Source: an uncultured Alphaproteobacteria bacterium
GTDB lineage: Bacteria > Pseudomonadota > Alphaproteobacteria > Rhizobiales > Xanthobacteraceae
Direction of reading: 5' to 3'
DNA length: 64,000 nt
NCBI GenBank assembly: GCA_963723625.1
Contig: CAVRRK010000002.1
Coordinates: forward strand, 205,668-269,667
A model generated the notes under the pieces. That model was not told the origin of the DNA. It ran no database searches and worked only from the letters and a program-made list of their open reading frames with translations. This document shows, piece by piece, positions 25,746-32,599 of the stretch (the first letter of the stretch is position 1; every line of letters starts with the position of its first letter). A program made the position numbers and the translations under genes.

Positions 25746-25991
25746 ATGGTTTCTTACGATCATTTCAGACATGGGCTGCGTATTCGGTTTCAGCGGGCAG
25801 AAGCTGAGGGAAAGGATAACATTGCTATTACTTCCGTCGAATTCTGTAATTCGTTTCGCAAGGGCGCACAAAATGTCGAATCCTGCTGCCAAGCGATGAA
25901 AGACGAAATGAGCGCCGGTGACGTGCTCGAACATGAACGCGACAGCGGCGTCGGGCTGATCATCCGCTATCGGTTGCCGCGAGCCGATTAG
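25746..25991 (+). CDS. Hypothetical protein
   Basis: 81-aa ORF filling the gap between the HTH gene and the SDR; no motif recognised. Confidence 0.35.
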   Translation: MVSYDHFRHGLRIRFQRAEAEGKDNIAITSVEFCNSFRKGAQNVESCCQAMKDEMSAGDVLEHERDSGVGLIIRYRLPRAD

Positions 25992-26003
25992 GTATCTTGA
26001 TGC

Positions 26004-26684
26004 CTACACCCCTCCACTGACCGGCAGCAGCGCGCCGGTAACGGCGCTGGCCGCATCGCTCGCGAGAAACAGAATAACGTTGGCGAGTTCTTCCGGCGTT
26101 ACCCATTTGCTGAAATCGGCCTTCGGCATGCTCGCGCGGTTGGCCGGCGTGTCAATGGTCGAAGGCAGCACGGCGTTGACAGTGATCTTGCCCTTCCATT
26201 CGGCTGCCAGCGCTTCGGTGAGCCGATGCACGCCGGCCTTGGATGCGGCGTAGGCGCCCATGCCCGCGCCGGCCTGCAACGCAGCCTGCGCGCCGACATT
26301 GACGATGCGCCCGGCGTCGGATTTGGCCAGATGCGCTACCGCGGCGCGTGAGGTGTTCAGCGCGGTGAGCACATTCAGCGCATACATGCGCTGCCATGTT
26401 TTCGGGTCGCTGTCTGCAACGTTTTCGAATGCAAAACCTCCGGCGATGTTGACGAGAATATCCAGCTTGCCGAAATGCGCCACGGTGGCTTCGATCGCCT
26501 TGCCGGCCTGCGCTGCATCGGAAAGATCGATGCCACCGAGTTCGATGCTCTCCGGCTTGTCGGCGATTTGCGAAGGCGCATGATCGATGCGCGCCAGGCA
26601 CGCGCCGCGCGCCAGCGCCATGTCGGCAACCACCCGGCCTAGCGCTCCGGATACACCGGTGACGACGACGACTTTTCCATTCAT
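26004..26684 (-). CDS. SDR family oxidoreductase
   Basis: VTGVSGALG, VNIAGG, YAASK, VNAVLPS. Confidence 0.92.
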   Translation of the reverse strand: MNGKVVVVTGVSGALGRVVADMALARGACLARIDHAPSQIADKPESIELGGIDLSDAAQAGKAIEATVAHFGKLDILVNIAGGFAFENVADSDPKTWQRMYALNVLTALNTSRAAVAHLAKSDAGRIVNVGAQAALQAGAGMGAYAASKAGVHRLTEALAAEWKGKITVNAVLPSTIDTPANRASMPKADFSKWVTPEELANVILFLASDAASAVTGALLPVSGGV

Positions 26685-26814
26685 GGCGAACATCCGGTCA
26701 GCGTTGCGCCCAGAGAACAATGCAATATCATTAAAATTTGCCGGATATTTGCAAGCCGATTGCAGAAATTGCGTGGCATACGTCATGCCATCCAATCCGG
26801 AGGCTGAAAAGATC

Positions 26815-27015
26815 ATGTCGAGATATTTTCCCGATCACGGGCTGCCGCTCGTTCAACTCAAAGAGCAGCGGCGCGATATGGTGGTCGCGCTGCAGAAGCG
26901 CCAAGGCCCGGTCACGACCGAGGAGCTGATGCAGATTGCCGCCGTGCAGCAGGCGATCTCGGCTTGCGAGGACGTTATTGCCGATCTCGACGCCGAAATC
27001 CACGTCGCGGCCTAG
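26815..27015 (+). CDS. Small helical hypothetical protein
   Basis: ggagg RBS; coiled-coil-like LKEQRRDMVVAL..IAAVQQAISA. Confidence 0.6.
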   Translation: MSRYFPDHGLPLVQLKEQRRDMVVALQKRQGPVTTEELMQIAAVQQAISACEDVIADLDAEIHVAA

Positions 27016-27088
27016 CCCGCGCTCAAAACTTACTCATCATCATATTGCCTCCATGGTGCTCCGATATTGCCCATCGGAGCCAACGATC

Positions 27089-27571
27089 ATGAAACGAAGT
27101 GCCGGGCTGTTGCTGTTTCGGCGGGCATCTGAGGGCATCGAGGTTTTGCTCGTTCATCCCGGCGGCCCATTTTGGGCGCGACGCGACGACGGCGCATGGT
27201 CGATTCCCAAGGGTGAATATGCCGAAGGTGACGACGCACTCGCCACCGCACAGCGCGAATGCATCGAGGAATTAGGCGAGGGTGTGGCCAAAGCGTTGCG
27301 CGACCGGCCACGGGCAGCGTTCATTACGCTGGGCGATGTCAGGCAGAAAGCCGGCAAGGTCGTGACCGGCTTTGCGCTCGAGGCGGATTTCGATGTTCGC
27401 AGCCTGAAATCGAACACGATCGAGATCGAATGGCCGCCGCGCTCGGGAAAGCGGCTGGAAATTCCGGAGGTCGATCGTGCGCAGTGGTTCTCGCCCGGCG
27501 ATGCCCGGCGAAAGCTCAACGCTGCGCAGGCGGAATTTGTCGAGCGGCTGATCGACGCGACGCGTTTATGA
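27089..27571 (+). CDS. NUDIX hydrolase
   Basis: LLVHPGGPFW, WSIPKGE..AQRECIEELG Nudix box, EWPPRSG, PEVDRA. Confidence 0.92.
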   Translation: MKRSAGLLLFRRASEGIEVLLVHPGGPFWARRDDGAWSIPKGEYAEGDDALATAQRECIEELGEGVAKALRDRPRAAFITLGDVRQKAGKVVTGFALEADFDVRSLKSNTIEIEWPPRSGKRLEIPEVDRAQWFSPGDARRKLNAAQAEFVERLIDATRL

Positions 27572-27639
27572 CAACGGAAACCGTTTCCTGGCCCGCCAAA
27601 CCACGCTACATTACGCGGAATTGACGGGGGCGTCGGCGG

Positions 27640-28344
27640 TTGCTCGAGGGGTTCTACAAGGTCCGGTTTCAGGTCAACGATGCGGTCGGCCGCAGCGTGA
27701 TGTACGTGCATGGCGGTGCCATGCTCGGCGGCAATTCGGCCTTCGCCCACTACGGCACGTACGAGGAAATCGACGGTATCGTTACCTCCGAGATAACCAG
27801 CCACCGTCACAACGAAGACCCGAATTACAAATCCCTGCTGGGTGCCGACATCGCCACCATCGATGTGCGCGGCAGCGCGCAGGGCGACGTCTATCACTTC
27901 CGGGGCGGCTCGGCGCAGCTGCCCGGCGCCGTTTTCCAGTCGATGATGACGCCGATCACGGATGAAATTGCCGAACCCGGCGCGGTCGGCGAGGGCGGCA
28001 TCGTCAACGGGCTTTACTCCGTGCATATCCGCATTCTCGACGGCGTCGCCGGCGGGCTGACCGGCGTGATGCTGCTGCATGATGGCCGCATCCTCGGCGG
28101 CGATGCATTCTTCTATTATCTGGGGACCTACACGTCGGCGAACGGACGCTGGAAGGGACAGATCCTCAATCAGGAGCACACGCCGGCCAAGGGCGAGAAT
28201 CCGATCTTCGGTGGCCACGAAGTCGGCATCGGTTTTTCCGGCACCTGCGACGAAGCGGGCGCGGAGCTGGAAGCCACCGCGCTTGCAGGCAAGCGCAGCC
28301 TGCGGTTGACGGCGGCGCTGAAGCTGATGCGACGGGCGAAGTGA
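27640..28344 (+). CDS. GrlR-like protein (two tandem domains), paralog of 23864..24571
   Basis: NGLYSVHIRILDG, GRILGGDAFFYYLG, FGGHEVGIGFSGT, ATALAGKRS shared with the paralog. Confidence 0.75.
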   Translation: MLEGFYKVRFQVNDAVGRSVMYVHGGAMLGGNSAFAHYGTYEEIDGIVTSEITSHRHNEDPNYKSLLGADIATIDVRGSAQGDVYHFRGGSAQLPGAVFQSMMTPITDEIAEPGAVGEGGIVNGLYSVHIRILDGVAGGLTGVMLLHDGRILGGDAFFYYLGTYTSANGRWKGQILNQEHTPAKGENPIFGGHEVGIGFSGTCDEAGAELEATALAGKRSLRLTAALKLMRRAK

Positions 28345-28510
28345 TTGGTCGGCTCGTGACGGTGGCCGCGCGGGCGTTAAGCGATGTTCCGGTTAGAGCA
28401 GCGTTGACGACGAGGCCTTTCTCGCGCCAGATTGTCGCATGGAGATATCAGGTACGCGCTTCCGGCGCGATCTGATGGCGTGCCAGGGGATGCCAGGGGA
28501 GGAAAATGGC

Positions 28511-28921
28511 ATGAAGAGTATAGTGCTGCTGAGTTCGCTGTTGTGGTCGGCTTCAGCGCTGGCGCAGGGCTTGCCGCCGGCGCAAGGCTTTCCGCCGGCG
28601 CAAGCCTCGCCATCGTCATCAGCCTTTCCGCCGGTAGGGGGCGCGCAGCCGGCGGCTGCGCCGGCAAAGCCAAAGGTCGCCAGGAAGCGCGCGGCGCCGA
28701 AACAGCCGACGATGTCGACCGAGATGCAGGCCTGCCTCGAACATGAGGACAACACCAAGCTGCGGCTGGACTGCTACGACGCGGTGTTCAAGCCGGAGCC
28801 CAAGGCGAAGCCGCCGAAAGCCCGGGCCGCGATCGATTGCCGCTTCCTCAAGGAGGAAGACGAGCGGCTGAGCTGCTTCAACGGGTTCGTGGCAAAGCTG
28901 CCGAAGCCGAAGGCGGGGTAG
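28511..28921 (+). CDS. Hypothetical secreted protein with two Cys-pair repeats
   Basis: gagga RBS, signal peptide, Pro/Ala linker, CLEHEDNTKLRLDCYD / CRFLKEEDERLSCFN. Confidence 0.7.
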   Translation: MKSIVLLSSLLWSASALAQGLPPAQGFPPAQASPSSSAFPPVGGAQPAAAPAKPKVARKRAAPKQPTMSTEMQACLEHEDNTKLRLDCYDAVFKPEPKAKPPKARAAIDCRFLKEEDERLSCFNGFVAKLPKPKAG

Positions 28922-28940
28922 GGGCGCGCGCGTCCCCACG

Positions 28941-29387
28941 TTACTTCAGCGTCAGACCCATGCCGCTGAGGTCGAGGTTCACCATCAGCCCCGTCTGCTC
29001 GCCCGCGAGATTGAGGATCGCGCCTTTCTGGTTGGTCAGCACGATCGCCTGCGGGCCGCGGATGATGGTGCCGCCCGCGCCGGCCGCGCCGTAGACGCCT
29101 TCAATGTCCTGCGGCCGCTCGATGTTGGTGACGGTGCCGCGCAGATAGGTCTGCGATCCGCCGAAGGTGAAGCCGTAGCTCAAGCCCCCGATCGAGAGCG
29201 GATAGCTGCGTCCGTGGAAGGTGAGCGTGCCCGAGCCGATCGCGCCGCCGATGACGATGCCGGCCTTGATGAAGTTGATCCGCACCGTGCCGCTATCGGC
29301 GCGGGCGGAGGAGGGCAGGGCGAGCTGCGCGGCGATCACAGCCGCGGCGAGGGCGACAAGCTTCTGGAATGAGGCAAAGCGGAGCAT
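28941..29387 (-). CDS. Conserved secreted hypothetical protein
   Basis: Signal peptide (..ARA), Gly-rich beta strands, DIEGVYGAAGAG, LTNQKG. Confidence 0.75.
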   Translation of the reverse strand: MLRFASFQKLVALAAAVIAAQLALPSSARADSGTVRINFIKAGIVIGGAIGSGTLTFHGRSYPLSIGGLSYGFTFGGSQTYLRGTVTNIERPQDIEGVYGAAGAGGTIIRGPQAIVLTNQKGAILNLAGEQTGLMVNLDLSGMGLTLK

Positions 29388-29544
29388 GACAAATCCAGTT
29401 CTGATTCGAGCCGTTGTTATTTACGCTACCATTTAAAGCGATGACGCTGAAGCAGACGTGCGACATCGCCCCTGTTTTTAGCGGCGCGGGCGCGCCGTAA
29501 CCTTTTGCACGAACGGCCAACAGGCCGCGCGTGCGTTATTGTTC

Positions 29545-30100
29545 TTGCGCGCATGGGGCCGGAAGCCCCATTCGCGCTGGCATAAGTCCCTTGGCCCAAA
29601 AGAGAGGGCGCACGGAACGCCGGACGCGCGATGCGTCCGCAGCCTGGTGTGTGAGTTTGAGTTTGTACACACCAGCGTAGTCACCACGAAAGCACCGATA
29701 CGTCCGGCGTTCCGCACGCGATGGTTTTTTCGGCTTGCTTCGTGCTCTCCCCGGCGATCGATCGCTTTGGGTTGTGTCACCGTCGGAACTAAGCTCTTCC
29801 GCGCGCCGGTAGGCACGCGGTTGCTCCGCCCCTTGATGCCAGCGCGAGGCATCGGGACCACACGATTTGGGCCGGCGCGCAAAGGCGACGACGGTGAAGC
29901 GCATCTCCGCTTCGGCCGCATCGCGCAGCGTCGTCGTCAGCGCTTTGGGTTGGCGGCTCCATAGACACCGGCCAAGCCCTGCGGACTTACAGCCGGCATC
30001 CCCTGCCGCTTACCCTTCGCGCCTGACGCTGCCGCGTCCACCGCATCCCGCCCCGCGTATCGTGACGATCGCGAAACGCCCCTCTCAACGAGGCGGGATG
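29545..30100 (-). ncRNA. Putative long structured non-coding RNA / intergenic element, copy B
   Basis: Hairpin-rich, only low-plausibility ORFs; 12-bp 5' stem (30044-30055 with 30089-30100) enclosing GAGGGGCG; starts just after a consensus promoter. Confidence 0.55.
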
Positions 30101-30105
30101 ATGGG

Positions 30106-30134
30106 TTTATAATCCTAGGTAGGAATATTGTCAA
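30106..30134 (-). promoter_or_regulatory. Sigma70-type promoter TTGACA-N17-TATAAA
   Basis: Minus-strand -35 at 30134-30129, -10 at 30111-30106; first 15 nt TTGACAATATTCCTA identical to the promoter at 4841. Confidence 0.75.
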
Positions 30135-30180
30135 GGAAGATTTTGGGCCTGATTCGGTTAAGGTAGCGGTACGTTTATCC

Positions 30181-30230
30181 TCGTCATTCCGGGGCGCGCC
30201 GCTTGGCGCGAGCCCGGAATCCATAATCCC
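30181..30230 (+). repeat. REP-like palindrome, left arm flanking the GIY-YIG gene
   Basis: tcgtcattccggggcgcg..cgcgagcccggaatccata. Confidence 0.85.
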
Positions 30231-30241
30231 GGACCTCGTTC

Positions 30242-30529
30242 ATGGCTTACTACGTCTACATCCTCGCCAGCAAAAAGCACGGCACACTCTATCTTGGCGT
30301 GACCAGAGATCTCGTGCGGCGCGGTCACGAGCACCGGACCAATTCCGTTGATAGTTTCACGTCGCGCTATGGCGTCAAAATGTTGGTATGGTTTGAAATT
30401 TACGACGATGCGGCAACCGCCATCGCTCGGGAAAAAGAACTGAAGAAGTGGCGGCGCGATTGGAAAATTCGTTTGATCGAAGAGGAAAATCCGGGGTGGG
30501 TAGATTTGTATCCCGGCATCTCAAACTAA
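30242..30529 (+). CDS. Small GIY-YIG nuclease family protein
   Basis: YYVYILAS..GTLYLGVT, FTSRYGV, AIAREKELKKWRRDWK, NPGWVDL. Confidence 0.93.
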   Translation: MAYYVYILASKKHGTLYLGVTRDLVRRGHEHRTNSVDSFTSRYGVKMLVWFEIYDDAATAIAREKELKKWRRDWKIRLIEEENPGWVDLYPGISN

Positions 30530-30532
30530 CAC

Positions 30533-30580
30533 AGGGGTTATGGATTCCGGGCTCGCGCGTCGCGCGCCCCGGAATGACGA
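30533..30580 (-). repeat. REP-like palindrome, right arm (inverted)
   Basis: tatggattccgggctcgcgc..gcgcgccccggaatgacga is the reverse complement of the left arm apart from the loop. Confidence 0.85.
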
Positions 30581-30765
30581 ACGAGGGATGCTTTTCTGCT
30601 CAGGAGCCAGAGCGTGGACGAAGGCCCGATCCCGGTGGACGCAAGTGCTGCGCTGTACAAGGACGAGGGACCGATGTGGGCGGAGCTTGCAGGAGGGTTG
30701 GGCTGGAGCGGGCGCGAGGGGGCGTGTTGACCACAGCACGGCGGCCGGCACTTTGAATATGACGA

Positions 30766-31989
30766 TCAAGGTTGGTTGAGACCGCGGATGAGTGCTTCGG
30801 AAAGCCGTTCGAAACGCTTGATCTGCCTTTTGATCCGCTTTGATTTGAAAACAGTGGCGGAGTTACGCGCGTAAGACGAAAAGTTACGGGCGCCGACGGG
30901 TCCGAAACGCTTCCACAGTTTCTTCGTGAAGATATTGCTGGCGCGACCTGATGCCCGCGCAACTTCACCAGCCGATCTCGTTCGCCTGATCGCCTTTCGC
31001 AACTTTCGAAATTGTCGGGATATTGACGAAGATCGGATCGACGGCCCGTAATGAGCGAGTTCAAAGCCGAGATACTGGATGCTAGCGACGTTCGAGGCAT
31101 CGAAATCCAATCGGTCACACTTGGCTGCGCTCAGCTTGAGCTTATGGATATTGATCTGGTCTTCGAACGCATTAAGGAGCTTCATCTCGTCAGCAGCTTT
31201 ACAAATAACGATGATGTCATCCGAGTATCGCTGGTACAGCGCTTGCGCGTTGTCGCAATGTTTGCGCATCGCTGCATCTAATTCGACAAGGTATAAGTTC
31301 GCGAAAATCGCACTGATCGGCGTACCCTGTGGGATGCCAATCTTTGATGCATTTTTGGTAATTTGGATATTCGCAGCGGTAACTTCCGCCATAGTTGCGA
31401 TGAGAGGCGAATGACGCGATTGCATTCGTTTCGAGAAAATCGGGTGAGCCGCTAGCGCGTCACGCTCGACACTCCGAAATTTCGTCACTTGTCGATAGAC
31501 GGCGTACCAATCGTCTGTCAGTTCCGTGACCCCCAAGATATCACGAAGACGCGCCTTTAGAATTGAATGATCGAGAGTGTCGAAGAAATTGGAGATGTCG
31601 AAGCAGAGGATCACGCAAGGCATGTTCTCCTTTGCGAATTTCAACGCACGCGCTGAGAAGTCGTAATTCGCTTTGCCAAGCTTGCGATACCCTATCACGT
31701 TGTCTGATAGCCCAGACGCGGCGTAATGCGCTTCGAGTGGGCTTGACAGATCGTAAGCATATTTCGAGAGGACGCAGGCATCTCTGTGCGACGCGTACAT
31801 AATGTCGCGACGCTTGCGCTCAACCTTGTGCTTCAAAGGTTTGTAGCGTTTCGTTTCTTTGACATAGTGGATGTGCGGCGACCAACTGTGCCGCTCGACG
31901 AATGATGGATCGCAGGCTTCCGCAAACGATTTGTCGACCGGCACATCGAAGTGCTTGTAGCGCCGAGACCGGAACCAATCCTGGATCAA
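30766..31989 (-). CDS. drt2: Antiviral reverse transcriptase, DRT2 (UG2) family, 407 aa
   Basis: WFRSRRYKHFDVPV N-terminus, RDIMYASHRD, FDISNFFDTLDH, GIPQGTPIS, RYSDD catalytic motif, QYLGF, RSSS, basic C-terminus; TTG start at 31989 follows GAGGA RBS; no maturase or endonuclease domain. Confidence 0.9.
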   Translation of the reverse strand: MIQDWFRSRRYKHFDVPVDKSFAEACDPSFVERHSWSPHIHYVKETKRYKPLKHKVERKRRDIMYASHRDACVLSKYAYDLSSPLEAHYAASGLSDNVIGYRKLGKANYDFSARALKFAKENMPCVILCFDISNFFDTLDHSILKARLRDILGVTELTDDWYAVYRQVTKFRSVERDALAAHPIFSKRMQSRHSPLIATMAEVTAANIQITKNASKIGIPQGTPISAIFANLYLVELDAAMRKHCDNAQALYQRYSDDIIVICKAADEMKLLNAFEDQINIHKLKLSAAKCDRLDFDASNVASIQYLGFELAHYGPSIRSSSISRQFRKLRKAIRRTRSAGEVARASGRASNIFTKKLWKRFGPVGARNFSSYARNSATVFKSKRIKRQIKRFERLSEALIRGLNQP

Positions 31990-32000
31990 CGACAGTCCTC

Positions 32001-32296
32001 TAGCAAATTCTGAGGGACTAGTCCTAGACCCCTGACCTCGGAAATAAATCCGAACGTCCCTCAGAAGCACGCATAGTTCCGCTTAGTTTACCTGTCGTCC
32101 ATCACAGGGTTCACCCCGGCGCGGGTCCTTGAAACGCTATGCAGTATAAGCTCATGCTGGCTCTCCGAGCTTCGCTCTTCGATCCTACCGGCCTGCTCGC
32201 CCATATGGCGCGAACGTCAGTTCGCGTGATCTTGTCGATCATGGTCCAACTTGACGGTCCCAACACGTTTACCGCTCGGCCAATTCCGGCGGCAGC
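32001..32296 (-). ncRNA. DRT2-associated ncRNA (5' hairpin, cDNA template, 3' scaffold); ends approximate
   Basis: Immediately upstream of the RT; 5' hairpin 32271-32293; perfect 11-bp stem 32008-32018/32056-32066 with inner hairpin 32038-32053; split promoter elements on the antisense strand. Confidence 0.82.
32136..32264 (+). other. neo: Predicted 129-nt cDNA repeat unit encoding a Neo-like 43-aa stop-free repeat
   Basis: AAC direct repeat at 32133-35 and 32262-64; head-to-tail joining gives TTGACG-N17-TATAAG; one frame open, the other two contain stops. Confidence 0.78.
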
Positions 32297-32599
32297 TTCT
32301 CAGGTGGAGCGCGATAAATTGAAATTCAAGATCGCGGCAAAAACTTATCAATCTTTGAGATCATGGACAGCTGACAGAATATCTGCAGCATTTGTAATTT
32401 TCCGCTGGACTTGGAAATCGAATCGCCGCGCGAAATTGTCGTTTGCTAGCTGACTTTATCACGCGCAAAATTGTTTTTCAGTCTCTTCAGTCTCTTCAGT
32501 CAATGCCGTAGCCGGGGCCAGGCCTAGCCACGACGCTTATGTATTGCGTTGCTTAGCGCAAATCGCCAGGTACTGATTTATTTCTCGCTCTGACGATTG

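Noticed and set aside
29478-30224. ORFs overlapping structured element B
   Set aside because: Several mutually overlapping low-complexity ORFs, one starting inside a REP; likely spurious
30766-32070. RT as a group II intron, retron or DGR enzyme
   Set aside because: No maturase/endonuclease domain or intron domain V seen, no retron VTG motif or effector gene, no TR/VR pair; motifs fit DRT2
32139-32453. 104-aa + strand ORF as an ordinary gene
   Set aside because: No RBS and no -35 in the genomic arrangement; its first 42 codons are the predicted Neo repeat and the rest is read-through beyond the template
32477-32501. Tandem 9-mer ttcagtctc (about 2.8 copies)
   Set aside because: Too short, no spacers, not CRISPR; probably slippage or an insertion scar
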